DNA of 64,000 nucleotides, taken from contig CAXXWQ010000001.1 in NCBI GenBank assembly GCA_963674945.2, forward strand, positions 160,001-224,000. The letters are read 5' to 3'. This document shows positions 43,477 to 53,748 of this stretch, in pieces. Below the pieces are notes generated by a model. That model made no database searches. It was not told the DNA's origin and saw nothing but the letters and a program-made list of their open reading frames with translations. The DNA is from an uncultured Desulfosarcina sp. (GTDB lineage Bacteria > Desulfobacterota > Desulfobacteria > Desulfobacterales > Desulfosarcinaceae). A program made the translations under genes and the position numbers. Within the stretch, counting starts at the first letter, position 1. The number at the start of each line of letters is the position of its first letter.

Positions 43477-45873
43477 CTACTGTCCGAAACCGCCGATTCC
43501 CAACAAGTTCACAAGGAAGGAAAACCTGGTGTCTTCTCCCTCCTTTTCGAGAAATAGATCGATGGACCAGCATTGGGCCGTATAAAGGAGGCCCACTCCC
43601 TTACTGATATCTTCCTTTTCCAAAAGATTTCTTTCGTATTCCCCGGTAAGGGCCAGGCGGTCGGTAACCATGACAAGAATTTGTGAATAGATGGATTCGG
43701 TGACCTCTTTCGTATAGCGATGCTCCACCAAAAAGCGGTCCCCCCGCCCATCGGCCGCCGTCGCATTTACGTTGTGACGGGTAAATCTCGCGTCGGACGG
43801 ATCGTACCGGCCGTCGGCCCCCAGGAGAAGATATCGCCCCAGGTTGACATCCAGTTCCCCATAGATCTCTGAAAAGGGCTCGGCCAGGCCCTTTTTTTCC
43901 CTGTTTTCCAACTCCTGGCTGTTGAAGTAGTAACTCTGCTCCAGGTAAAAGCGCAGGAAGCGGTTATAATCGAAGAGCGTCGGGATCGCGCTCTGGGTCG
44001 TCGACTCTTCCGACGGAAGAACGCCCAGCGGCAAAAGGCCCATTTTTGTCCCTGACTCCCGGTTCGATCCCATGGTTGCCTGGGCAGCCGCGTCGGCGGA
44101 TACGGAGGCTCCTTTCGATCGGGCCGTCAAGGTGTTGGTGAGTGCCCAGGTGATGCGATTTAGCCCTTCGATGCGGTCCAGTTGTGTGAATCTGGGCAGG
44201 TCCGACTGATCCTGGTCCGGGATGTATTCATAAATGAGTTGCGGTTTTATGCTGTGGCGCAACCGGTCCGCGGCAGAAACGGGAGAGGCCATCACCTTGG
44301 AAAACTCCGAGGAGAGATCGAGCCGGGCATCATAGATCTGACGAAAATGGGTGCGATCTTCCGTCTCGTCCTCCCATCTGTCCATGACCCAGGTGGTTTG
44401 TCGGAATCCCACCGACGGTTCGAGCGACAGGTAGTTTTCCCACCGCAGGGGCAGATAGGCCCGCGGGTAGAGGTCCGAACGATGTCCCCGACGATTGTTC
44501 CGATTTTCGTCCTGTCGATAAAAATAGGTGTACGCAACGTCCATGTCCCAGTAAATATTGCTGTCAAAGGCCTGCTGTTTCGCGGTACTGAAACCCAGGA
44601 CCGGCAGTCGCTGCAGGGTCATATCCTCTTGTTCCCACCGGCGGTTCGTCACGTTGTCGTTCCAAAGCAGATCGCCGTTGAAGGTGGCTTTCGACCAGGT
44701 CCGGTTGATGTTCAGCCGATTGGTGCGCGTGGATTCGTCGTAGGTGTCGATATCCCGTCCGAAGGTCGCCAGAAAGGCATCCCGGGTCTCATCGAAGCCG
44801 CTTCGTCCCTCCCTGAATTCGGTGAGGTAATCCTGGTCGCTGACGATGTCCAGATCGAGTTGGGCCGTCGCACCCAAGGGAAGTTCCTGGTCGATCTTCG
44901 CCCTTACCCAGTACCGGTCTGTGTTTGGACGGTCATAGCCATCTCCGGCGTATCCCCATGATTTCGTGTTTTCCGGTGTGCCGTCATCGATCTGTCGATC
45001 TTCGAAACCATCGGCCATGATCGTGCCGAATGCGTCTTCGGTGAGGGCGTAGCGATACTCGATGCCGAATTTGGTGCCGCGTTTTTCCATGTAGTGGGTG
45101 GTCAAGGTCGCATCGCTGCTGTCGTTGATGGCCCAAAACAGCGGCTGATCCCAAGAGATTCCCTTCCGGTCCGAATACCCCGCCTCGGGCAGGAGAAAGC
45201 CGGTTTGGCGCTTGGTTTTCGCCGGGAAAAAAAGATATGGGGTGTATAAGACCGGGACATCTTTCGCCTTGAACATGGCGTGGGTGGCGGTGCCGTATCC
45301 CTCGACGGTCACCGCCACGGTTCGGCCGGTGATGACCCAATCCGGCCGATCCCCGTCGCAGGTGGTGACGGCACCATTTTCCGCCCGATAGGTGTCCTTC
45401 CCCGTTTTTTCGATGCGTTCGCCGCGAATGAAGAAATGGTTCTGCTGTAAAAACAAGGTGCCATGGTGAACCACGCCGGTCTCACGGGTAAGGTCAAGTT
45501 TCAGCCGATCGCCGGTCAGGATATCTTTACCCACGGTCAACACTACATTCCCTTCGGCCGTAGCGGTCATGGCCCGATGGTTGAAATCGACGGTGTCGGC
45601 CACCATACGGGCCGCTTCTTTCTCGATGATTACATCCCCCCTGGCATGATAGGTGGATGATTCGGCATCGTAATCCACCGTGTCGGCGCTGATCTGCCAT
45701 GGGACACCGGGGGTGCCGGTGACCTGGTCGATGATGGACTGCGGATAGGCAATGGGCGGATGTGTCAGACAGCAGAGTATTCCGAGGAATAGGCAGAAGA
45801 ATTGAACCGATCGAAAGAAGGCAACGGGTAATGGTTTGCGCATGTACGGCCGTATGCATCGATGGGAAATCAA
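43477..45873 (-). CDS. lptD: LPS assembly protein LptD (start uncertain)
   Basis: OstA-like N-terminus (ISAD), TTC...PDW, KRQTGFLLP, beta-barrel ending AQCWS. Confidence 0.88.
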   Translation of the reverse strand: MISHRCIRPYMRKPLPVAFFRSVQFFCLFLGILCCLTHPPIAYPQSIIDQVTGTPGVPWQISADTVDYDAESSTYHARGDVIIEKEAARMVADTVDFNHRAMTATAEGNVVLTVGKDILTGDRLKLDLTRETGVVHHGTLFLQQNHFFIRGERIEKTGKDTYRAENGAVTTCDGDRPDWVITGRTVAVTVEGYGTATHAMFKAKDVPVLYTPYLFFPAKTKRQTGFLLPEAGYSDRKGISWDQPLFWAINDSSDATLTTHYMEKRGTKFGIEYRYALTEDAFGTIMADGFEDRQIDDGTPENTKSWGYAGDGYDRPNTDRYWVRAKIDQELPLGATAQLDLDIVSDQDYLTEFREGRSGFDETRDAFLATFGRDIDTYDESTRTNRLNINRTWSKATFNGDLLWNDNVTNRRWEQEDMTLQRLPVLGFSTAKQQAFDSNIYWDMDVAYTYFYRQDENRNNRRGHRSDLYPRAYLPLRWENYLSLEPSVGFRQTTWVMDRWEDETEDRTHFRQIYDARLDLSSEFSKVMASPVSAADRLRHSIKPQLIYEYIPDQDQSDLPRFTQLDRIEGLNRITWALTNTLTARSKGASVSADAAAQATMGSNRESGTKMGLLPLGVLPSEESTTQSAIPTLFDYNRFLRFYLEQSYYFNSQELENREKKGLAEPFSEIYGELDVNLGRYLLLGADGRYDPSDARFTRHNVNATAADGRGDRFLVEHRYTKEVTESIYSQILVMVTDRLALTGEYERNLLEKEDISKGVGLLYTAQCWSIDLFLEKEGEDTRFSFLVNLLGIGGFGQ

Positions 45874-46031
45874 AATACGGGAAACGGTGGCTTTCGTATG
45901 GGTGACGTTAGGGCGCGAAGGATAACCACTTGCACATATATCAAAAATTCAATATAAAGCTATCTTGTTTGAAATTGCAATAATAGTTTTGACGGGTTCT
46001 CTCGTTACTGAGGTGACAAACGAAGGATGCC

Positions 46032-46799
46032 ATGCGGGTATTGTTGACAAATGACGATGGAGTCTTCGCACCGGGATTGCGGGCGCTGTATGGCGCCTAC
46101 CGTGAAGATCACCAAGTGATTGTGGTGGCGCCGGATCGCGAGCGTAGCGCCATCGGGCACGCGATTACCCTGCACCAGCCACTTCGCTACGAGAAGACGC
46201 GTCTGGATTCGGACCTGACGGCCTTTGCGGTCAATGGTACGCCGGCCGACTGTGTGAAACTGGCGTTGGCAGAGATTCTTTCGGATCCACCCGATCTGGT
46301 CGTTTCCGGCGTAAACCCTGGTGCCAACGTGGGCATCAACATCAACTATTCGGGAACCGTGGCCGCCGCCAAGGAAGCCACCCTTGCCGGCATCCCCGCC
46401 CTTGCCGTATCCGTCACCGCCCCGGGTGGCAGGAATATGGATGGTGCAGCCAGATTCGCCGAATCCTTTTCCCGGCAGATGATGGAAAAGCCGTTTCCCA
46501 AAGGGACGTTTCTCAATGTCAACCTCCCCGACCTGCCGGCCGAAGAGATTCGCGGCATTCGTTGGTGCCGGCAGGGAAATGGCATGATCGCCCAGCAATT
46601 CGAAAAGAGGTGGGACCCGCGGAATCGGATCTATTACTGGCAGGGGGTCGACGACCAGCACGCCTATGACCAGCCGGACATCGACTGCGCCGCATTGGGC
46701 GACCAGTTTGTCACCATCACGCCCATCAAATGTGACATGACCGACTACGATACCTTGCAGGAGTTGGCCCAGTGGGAAATTTCCCTTCCCACTTCCTGA
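46032..46799 (+). CDS. surE: 5'/3'-nucleotidase SurE
   Basis: LLTNDDG, NGTPADCV, SGVNPGAN, SGTVAAA. Confidence 0.95.
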   Translation: MRVLLTNDDGVFAPGLRALYGAYREDHQVIVVAPDRERSAIGHAITLHQPLRYEKTRLDSDLTAFAVNGTPADCVKLALAEILSDPPDLVVSGVNPGANVGININYSGTVAAAKEATLAGIPALAVSVTAPGGRNMDGAARFAESFSRQMMEKPFPKGTFLNVNLPDLPAEEIRGIRWCRQGNGMIAQQFEKRWDPRNRIYYWQGVDDQHAYDQPDIDCAALGDQFVTITPIKCDMTDYDTLQELAQWEISLPTS

Positions 46800-46875
46800 C
46801 GACCTCTTTTTTGTCGAGTAAACTTGGTCCTCTGGGCCAGGTCAAAAAATAAATGGCTCTGGTGAATGCTTGTTA

Positions 46876-47011
46876 CAAGAATCCAGGAGTCAGAATTCAT
46901 ACGAGAATCCAGAATCAGGCATTCGCCTTCGGCTCGATCCATCTTATTCTATCGATGGCGCGACGCGACTTCAAATTCGTTCTGGCTCCTGTATTCTGGC
47001 TCCTGGATTCT
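46876..47011 (+). repeat. Repeat family D, full copy
   Basis: 19-bp inverted ends AGAATCCAGGAGTCAGAAT / ATTCTGGCTCCTGGATTCT (1 mismatch). Confidence 0.85.
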
Positions 47012-47104
47012 ACAGTTTCGAGCGATTATGGCATCCCCTTATAAGGGAGCTTACAGCCGGGATCTCTGAAACCGGATTTTTATTTCATTGCAACGGTGGA
47101 CCCG

Positions 47105-48058
47105 ATGACCAAGCGTTTTGTCTGTGAACTCGAGGCCGGCAGTGCCATCGACGATCTCTTTGTATTGGCTGAACGAAACATGGCCCACAAAAAAGATGGG
47201 AATCCTTTTTTGAATGTGACCCTGGCGGATCGTACCGGCCAGGTGAAAGGGGTCGTATGGGACCAGGTGGAGCGCATCAGTGAGGCGGCCAGTGAAGGCG
47301 ATTTCGTCCATGTCCGCGCCCAGATCGGAGAATACCGCGGGGCGTTGCAGCTGGTGGTCAAGGATATGGCCAGGGTTCCTGCGGATCAGGTAGATCCTGC
47401 GGATTTTCTTGCCACCACCGCCCGCGATATTTCCAAAATGGCGGACCGGCTCAAGGAGATGACCGATGGCATGCAGGCGCCCCACTTAAAAGCCCTCTTC
47501 GATGCCTTTTGGGGAGACGATGCGCTGGTGACATCCTTTTGCCGGGCCCCGGCGGCCAAGCATATGCACCATGCCTACATCGGCGGATTGCTCGAACATA
47601 CCCTCTCCATGGCTGTATTGGCGATCTCCATCGCCGGACATTACAGCGGCGTGGATCGGGATTTGCTCCTCGCCGGTGTGATCTTCCATGATCTGGGAAA
47701 GGTTCGGGAATTGGCATATGCCAACCGGATCGATTATACGGACGAGGGCCGCCTGCTCAGCCACATCGTTATCGGACTTTCCATTCTGGATGAGAAAATC
47801 CGGCAGATTCCCGATTTCCCCGAGACCCAGGCCAACCTGCTCAAACACATGGTCGTCAGTCATCACGGTTCACAGGAATTCGGTTCTCCCGAACCACCCA
47901 AGACCATCGAGGCGGTTCTGCTCAACTATATCGATGAGATTGATTCCAGGGTCAACAGCATCCGAGAGTACGTGGCCAAGGATCCGTCCGAAGGCACGTG
48001 GACGCCTTACCATCGGCTGTTGGAACGTCATTTTTATAAAGGTGAACAGAGCGATTAG
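47105..48058 (+). CDS. yhaM: 3'-5' exoribonuclease YhaM family (OB fold plus HD)
   Basis: LADRTG, PAAK.MHHAY.GGLLEH, HDLGK, SHHG. Confidence 0.9.
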   Translation: MTKRFVCELEAGSAIDDLFVLAERNMAHKKDGNPFLNVTLADRTGQVKGVVWDQVERISEAASEGDFVHVRAQIGEYRGALQLVVKDMARVPADQVDPADFLATTARDISKMADRLKEMTDGMQAPHLKALFDAFWGDDALVTSFCRAPAAKHMHHAYIGGLLEHTLSMAVLAISIAGHYSGVDRDLLLAGVIFHDLGKVRELAYANRIDYTDEGRLLSHIVIGLSILDEKIRQIPDFPETQANLLKHMVVSHHGSQEFGSPEPPKTIEAVLLNYIDEIDSRVNSIREYVAKDPSEGTWTPYHRLLERHFYKGEQSD

Positions 48059-48101
48059 CCGTTCGCTGTCGGCAATTGGCAGCATAACTTCAAAGGAAAC
48101 C

Positions 48102-48764
48102 ATGTTTATTACCCTGGAAGGCATCGAAGGTGCAGGCAAGACCACCCAGATCGAGAACATTGCCCGATGGCTGAAGGCCGCTGGTCACGATTTTCTGATC
48201 ACCCGGGAACCCGGTGGAACGCCCATCGGTGGGCAGATCCGTTCGATTCTCCTGCATCCGGAGAATCGGGACCTGGCACCCACGGCAGAACTGTTGCTCT
48301 ACATGGCGGACCGGGTCCAACACCTGGAAACCGTCATCCGTCCGGCACTGACCTCGGAAAAGGTGGTGGTTTGCGACCGTTATTTCGATGCAACGATGGT
48401 ATATCAGGGATACGCCAGGGGCCTGGATAAAGAGATGATCCGTCGGCTGCACCAGTTTACATGCGGCGGCTTTACGCCTTCACTCACCATTTTGTTGGAC
48501 CTGGACCCAGCGGCCGGTCTTTGCCGGGCATGGAAACGGATCGATACCGATGCCGACCATGCCAAAGAATCCCGATTCGAAGAGGAGAAAATGGCGTTCC
48601 ATCATCGTGTTCGGGACGGCTATCTGGATCTTGCCCGCCGGGAACCGGATCGTTTTGTCATCGTCGATGCCGCCGTCGATCCAGGTACCGTGCGCCGGCG
48701 AATCGAAACCGTGCTTTCTGAACGATTATCCCACAAAAAAATGAATCTTTCCCATGAGCCATAG
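48102..48764 (+). CDS. tmk: Thymidylate kinase
   Basis: EGIEGAGKTTQ, REPGGT, CDRY, YQG. Confidence 0.96.
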   Translation: MFITLEGIEGAGKTTQIENIARWLKAAGHDFLITREPGGTPIGGQIRSILLHPENRDLAPTAELLLYMADRVQHLETVIRPALTSEKVVVCDRYFDATMVYQGYARGLDKEMIRRLHQFTCGGFTPSLTILLDLDPAAGLCRAWKRIDTDADHAKESRFEEEKMAFHHRVRDGYLDLARREPDRFVIVDAAVDPGTVRRRIETVLSERLSHKKMNLSHEP

Positions 48765-51036
48765 CATTTTAGATCACATCGGCAATACCCCGTTGGTGGA
48801 GATTCGGCGGCTGAATCCCAATCCCAATGTTCGGGTGCTCGCAAAACTCGAGTATCTCAATCCCGGTGGCTCCATCAAGGACCGGCCGGCCCTTTCCATG
48901 ATCGAGGCCGGCGAGCGGTCCGGGGAACTTACGGCGGGAAAGACGGTGATCGAGGCCACCAGTGGAAACACGGGCATCGGTCTGGCCATGGTATGTTCCG
49001 TCAAGGGATACCGACTGCTTCTCGCCATGAGTGAGGCGGTCAGTGTGGAGCGGCAGAAGATCCTTCGGGCACGGGGCGCCGAGATTTTGCTGACGCCGGG
49101 TCATCTGGGGACCGACGGCGCCATCGAGGAGGTGTATCGGCTGGCCCGGGAAAATCCCGAGATCTATTTCATGACCGACCAGTACAACAATCCCGCCAAC
49201 TGGCAGGCCCATTACAACGGCACGGCAACGGAGCTGTGGAAACAGACGGACGGGGCAATGACCCACATGGTGGCGACCATGGGCACATCGGGGACCTTGA
49301 TGGGACTGTCCCGGAGACTGCACGAGTTCAATCCCGACATCCGGATCATCGGCGTGGAGCCCTATCTGGGCCACCGTCTCCAGGGACTGAAGAACATGCG
49401 GGAGGCCTACCAGCCGGAAATCTTCGAAAAACAGCTTCTCGACGAAAAGATCAACATCGAGGATGAGCCCGCATTCGAGATGACCCGTCGTCTGGCCAGA
49501 GAGGAGGGCCTCATGGTGGGCATGAGCAGCGGGGCCGCCATGGTCGTGGCCGCCCGACTGGCCGGGACCCTGGACAGCGGAACCGTGGTGGTGGTTTTCC
49601 CCGACGGGGGAGAACGCTATCTTTCCACATCGTTATTTTCCGTTCAGGAGAAGATCGATCTTTCCATCTTCAATACGATGACTCGAAAAAAGGAGCATTT
49701 CGAACCGATCACTCCCGGCAAGGTCTCCATTTACGCATGCGGTCCCACGGCCCATGCCCGGATGCACGTGGGGGAAGGGCGGCGTTTCGTTTTTGCCGAC
49801 CTTCTGGCACGGTACTTCACTTTTCGGGGCTTTGCGGTCAAGCAGGTGATGAACATCACCGACCAGGACGACAAGACCATCGAAGGTTCCCATCGAGCCG
49901 GCATGTCCCTGGAAGATTTTACTTCCATGCACATCGAGTCCTTTTACCGGGATCTTGCTACGCTGGGCATAAAGCCGGCGGATCATTATCCCAAAGCCAG
50001 CGAGCACACCGACGATATGGTGAAGCTGGCCAGCCAACTGGTTAACAAGGGATATGCCTACGAGAAGCTGCACTCCATCTATTTCGACATCTCCCGATAC
50101 AAGGAGTACGGACGATTGTCCGGGATCGATCTCGACAAGATCCGCATCGGCGCCACCGTGGATCTGGAAGAGTACGAAAAGGACAACCCCCGTGACTTTA
50201 CCCTGCTCAAACGGACCCGATTGTCGGAACTCAAACGGGGGATCTACACGAAAACCGACTGGGGCAACATGCGTCCCTCCTGGCATCTTCAATGTGCGAC
50301 CATGTCCATGCACCACCTGGGGGCGTACTACGATATTCACTGTGCCGGAAGGGAACTGGTCTTTCCCCACCATGAAAACGAAATTGCCATTGCCGGTGCG
50401 CTTACCGGAAAGACCCTGGCAAAATACTGGGTCCATTGTGACCGTGTGCTGGTGGATGGAAAGAAGGTGGATGAAGGGGAACCGCTCACCATTCAGGCGG
50501 TGTTGGACATGGGGTATTCGGGGCGCGAGATCCGGTTCTGGCTTTTATCGGTGAACTATCGAAAGCCGGTTCTCTTTTCCCGGGCACGCCTTACGCGTGT
50601 GAGAAAGACTTTGAAACGCCTGGATGCCTGTGTTCACGCCCTCAAACATGTCCGTCATGGAAATGCATGCCCGGATATCGATCAGCTGTGCTACGATATC
50701 AAAAACGGCTTTACGACCGCCATGGACGACGACCTGAACATTTCCGCGGCCATGGCCGCGATGTTCTCCGCCGTCAAACGGATCAATACGCTTATTTTAC
50801 ATGGTGACATCGACACCGACGGCGCCGGAAAAATTCTGGAGACGCTGGCCGGGATCAACCGTGTGCTCAATATCTTCGATTTCGAGGACGAAGCCGAAAA
50901 CCCCACCGTGCAGCAGTTGATCGAGCAGCGCATCCAGGCCCGAAAGGCCAAGGACTGGACATTGGCAGACCGTCTTCGGGCGCGTATCGAAGAGATGGGC
51001 GTGGTCGTGCGGGATGATAAGATCAATGATGCATGA
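48754..51036 (+). CDS. Fusion of cysteine synthase (CysK/CysM type) and cysteine--tRNA ligase-like domain
   Basis: N-part NPGGSIKDR, ATSGNTG, GTSGT; C-part YACGPT, NITD.DDK, DFTL.K, RPSWHLQC, FPHHENE, DDDLN, ADRLR. Confidence 0.92.
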   Translation: MSHSILDHIGNTPLVEIRRLNPNPNVRVLAKLEYLNPGGSIKDRPALSMIEAGERSGELTAGKTVIEATSGNTGIGLAMVCSVKGYRLLLAMSEAVSVERQKILRARGAEILLTPGHLGTDGAIEEVYRLARENPEIYFMTDQYNNPANWQAHYNGTATELWKQTDGAMTHMVATMGTSGTLMGLSRRLHEFNPDIRIIGVEPYLGHRLQGLKNMREAYQPEIFEKQLLDEKINIEDEPAFEMTRRLAREEGLMVGMSSGAAMVVAARLAGTLDSGTVVVVFPDGGERYLSTSLFSVQEKIDLSIFNTMTRKKEHFEPITPGKVSIYACGPTAHARMHVGEGRRFVFADLLARYFTFRGFAVKQVMNITDQDDKTIEGSHRAGMSLEDFTSMHIESFYRDLATLGIKPADHYPKASEHTDDMVKLASQLVNKGYAYEKLHSIYFDISRYKEYGRLSGIDLDKIRIGATVDLEEYEKDNPRDFTLLKRTRLSELKRGIYTKTDWGNMRPSWHLQCATMSMHHLGAYYDIHCAGRELVFPHHENEIAIAGALTGKTLAKYWVHCDRVLVDGKKVDEGEPLTIQAVLDMGYSGREIRFWLLSVNYRKPVLFSRARLTRVRKTLKRLDACVHALKHVRHGNACPDIDQLCYDIKNGFTTAMDDDLNISAAMAAMFSAVKRINTLILHGDIDTDGAGKILETLAGINRVLNIFDFEDEAENPTVQQLIEQRIQARKAKDWTLADRLRARIEEMGVVVRDDKINDA

Positions 51037-51083
51037 TGTTTTTATTCAGATCGAAAATCTGGTTCTCTATATCCGAATTTCCA

Positions 51084-51206
51084 GCGGCTTCGTAAAAAGT
51101 TCGAGATCAAGGATTACGAGCCCCGAGGAATGAGGCGTATACAGAAATACGTCGCAATGACGAGGGGCGAAGCGTAACGAAGATATCGGGCTTTTTACGA
51201 AGCCGC
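51084..51206 (+). repeat. Repeat family C copy
   Basis: Perfect 16-bp inverted ends GCGGCTTCGTAAAAAG / CTTTTTACGAAGCCGC. Confidence 0.9.
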
Positions 51207-51227
51207 CATCCATTGGAGAGAAGTAAG

Positions 51228-52214
51228 ATGAACGTAGCCTACATGCCCTTTACCCATATATCCGAATCCATTGCCCGGCGATTGTATGCCCTCGTCGGGC
51301 CCGTGGCGGTTTACCAGCCGATAAAAAGCAGGATTCCCGAAGCCCTGCCGGCCATGGCTGACGCGGGGCTCGTAGAGATACGAACGCCTGTCCCCCATGA
51401 CGAAGAGCGGCTGACCGCCGCGTTGCGGGAGTTTTTCAACTGGGCGCAGATGAATCCGGCATCTTCATCGGCCGGAGTCGGTTATTTCGGTGCGCGGCAG
51501 GGAACGGTTCCTTTTTTTGACGAAACCGTCATCAACCGGATCCGCACCGATATCCAGCATTATGGCGAATCCGATGGCCGTTCCGACGACCCCGATGCCC
51601 TCTTTCGTGCCCGGCTGTTTTTGGCCCTCGCCCAGGATAACGACATGACCGTCCATAGCCTCCAAAGGGACCTGGGAGAGTTCAGGGCCATGGAGCAGGC
51701 GTTCATCGAAAGCCTCGAAGACACCGACGAAACATCTTTTCGTCGGGGAATGGTGAAAAGCGGCGTGTGGGAGGAGGATGCCGGCGCCAGACACACCTTG
51801 CAGCGGCTTCGCTACTGGGGCACGCTGGCCGCCGTCGATTCGCCGCACATGATGGTGACCACCAGTCCGGCGGCAGTCGATGCCCTTTTGGAGCACCTGG
51901 GCGAGACCACCGGTTTGAAAAAATGGCATCAATGCGAGATTCCACTGCCAGAAGCGGATTCTCCTCCCGCATTGATGCCATATCTAAACGATCTGGCTGC
52001 CGCAACTTCCCCGGAAACGGCCGAACCATCCGAATTGGAGAGATGCATCGATAAGACGACCTCCGGCCCGGTCGCTCCCATGACCCTCTACCTTGCAGCC
52101 AATTGTACACCCGGTCAATTTATTGGGCAAATGATCGAAATATCGCCCCGGGAAGAAGAATGCCAGGGGACGGGACCTTGGCGGCATACCCTGATTCTTT
52201 TGGTTGCCAAGTAA
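51228..52214 (+). CDS. Hypothetical protein
   Basis: Long ORF with GGAG RBS; no recognised motif. Confidence 0.75.
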   Translation: MNVAYMPFTHISESIARRLYALVGPVAVYQPIKSRIPEALPAMADAGLVEIRTPVPHDEERLTAALREFFNWAQMNPASSSAGVGYFGARQGTVPFFDETVINRIRTDIQHYGESDGRSDDPDALFRARLFLALAQDNDMTVHSLQRDLGEFRAMEQAFIESLEDTDETSFRRGMVKSGVWEEDAGARHTLQRLRYWGTLAAVDSPHMMVTTSPAAVDALLEHLGETTGLKKWHQCEIPLPEADSPPALMPYLNDLAAATSPETAEPSELERCIDKTTSGPVAPMTLYLAANCTPGQFIGQMIEISPREEECQGTGPWRHTLILLVAK

Positions 52215-52396
52215 AGAAAAATTCCTTCAAATGCCCAACTGACGTGGGATTGCGGTCTGGTCTGGTGATCGTTGAAAAAAACGGTTTCAACGCTTGACTG
52301 GGTGTTTCATTTGGTATAAGGCCTTTTCATGTTGATGACTTTAAATGTTGATAATTGGATCAGCATGAATAAACTTATTGAAAGGAGATCAAAGAG

Positions 52397-52585
52397 ATGG
52401 CTTTTAACCCGATCGTAGATGAGTCCAAATGCGTTGGCTGCGAAGAGTGCGTCGATGTTTGTCCCGTTGAAGTATTCGAAATGCAAGACGAAAAATCCGT
52501 TCCGGTCAACGCGGAAGAGTGTCTCGGTTGTGAGAGCTGCGTCGAAGTTTGTGAAGAAGGCGCCATCACCGTCGAAGAGACCTAA
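52397..52585 (+). CDS. 2[4Fe-4S] ferredoxin
   Basis: CVGCEECVDVCP, CLGCESCVEVC; AAAGGAG RBS. Confidence 0.95.
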   Translation: MAFNPIVDESKCVGCEECVDVCPVEVFEMQDEKSVPVNAEECLGCESCVEVCEEGAITVEET

Positions 52586-52610
52586 TTTTCTCGATTCCGA
52601 ATTGATTTTC

Positions 52611-52651
52611 AAACCCCCATCGGCATATTGTGCTGACGGGGGTTTTCTTTT
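52611..52651 (+). terminator. Intrinsic terminator after ferredoxin
   Basis: AAACCCCC-ATCGGCA...TGCTGAC-GGGGGTTT stem followed by TCTTTT. Confidence 0.8.
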
Positions 52652-52712
52652 GCCTGTACCGGGCGTTTCAAATTTTCTCGAACAAATCACCTTTTGACGG
52701 GAGGGGCGGATC

Positions 52713-53225
52713 ATGTATCATTATCAAATTGTCGATACTTCCTTTGGATTTGCCGCCGTGGTCTTTGGTGTCGATCCTTTTCGTCTCGTCGAAGTCAGAC
52801 TGCCCCGAACCGACGTCCAATCCCTTCATCACGCCTTCGATGAACGGTCGTGGCAGATGTCTCCCCATCACGATCTGGCAAATGAGATCGCTTCCCTTCT
52901 GGCCAACTATTTTGAGGGGCAACCAATCCATATTCCCTGGTCGGTGATGGATCTTTCCCGCTTTACCCCGGCCCAGCAGGAGGTGTATCGGGCGGTGGCA
53001 ACAATCCCCTATGGCCGGACCGCATCCTACAGCCAGGTGGCCCGCATGGCCAACCTCCCCCGTGCCGCACGCTTCGTGGGGACGACCATGGCGAAAAACG
53101 CCTATCCGGTTTTCATTCCCTGCCATCGTGTGATCCGAAGCGACGGTTCGGTCGGCAAGTTTGGCGGCGGATCGGAGCTGAAGGAGAAGATGCTCGCCCT
53201 GGAGGGGTGGGAGGGAAAAGGGTAA
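52713..53225 (+). CDS. ogt: Methylated-DNA--protein-cysteine methyltransferase
   Basis: IPYG...SY, AARFVG, IPCHRV. Confidence 0.93.
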   Translation: MYHYQIVDTSFGFAAVVFGVDPFRLVEVRLPRTDVQSLHHAFDERSWQMSPHHDLANEIASLLANYFEGQPIHIPWSVMDLSRFTPAQQEVYRAVATIPYGRTASYSQVARMANLPRAARFVGTTMAKNAYPVFIPCHRVIRSDGSVGKFGGGSELKEKMLALEGWEGKG

Positions 53226-53234
53226 GGCGGCCCC

Positions 53235-53363
53235 AAACGTGCCGACTATGAACTTTATGCCCGCCCGAATTTACCCATCGCCGTCATTGAAGTGAAGCGC
53301 AATATGTTCAAGATAGACCATGGTATGCAGCAGGCTTTGGCCTATGCGGAGATGCTGGATGCC
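53235..53363 (+). pseudogene. Fragment of a type I restriction subunit R (HsdR) nuclease domain
   Basis: Hand translation KRADYELYARPNLPIAVIEVKRN...GMQQALAYAEMLD (D..ExK and QxxxY motifs); no start codon. Confidence 0.75.
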
Positions 53364-53576
53364 TTGACTTACCTTCCAGAGGTTGCCGGGTGTGCCAATT
53401 TTATCAATACCGATCTGATCGCCGCAGAATTGTCGCCGTTGGCGCCGAACCGGTAAATCCTTGCGGCCAGCAGGTTGCTTCTGAAGAAGATTGCGTCACG
53501 CATCGGACAAAGAGAGGACTTTGCCTTTGAAACCACACTGACCGGCCGTGGATCGCTGTATCTGCTGCATGAATGA
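53364..53576 (+). pseudogene. Fragment of a zeta-toxin-like/AAA ATPase
   Basis: TYLPEVAGCANFINTDLIAAELSPLAP, in-frame TAA at 53454, then ASRLLL...[11 protein letters not shown]. Confidence 0.7.
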
Positions 53577-53748
53577 CGGTGATGAACCGGTGATGATCTC
53601 CGAGCAGCAGGGTAAGAGCCGCCATATCCATCATGAATCCTATTTCCAACTGATATCACAGGAGGCCGGAATATGACGACTACCACACCGTCGGAAAACG
53701 GGAAAAAAGTCTTGGAATCCCTGAAAAAAGCCGTTTCCGATGCAATTT

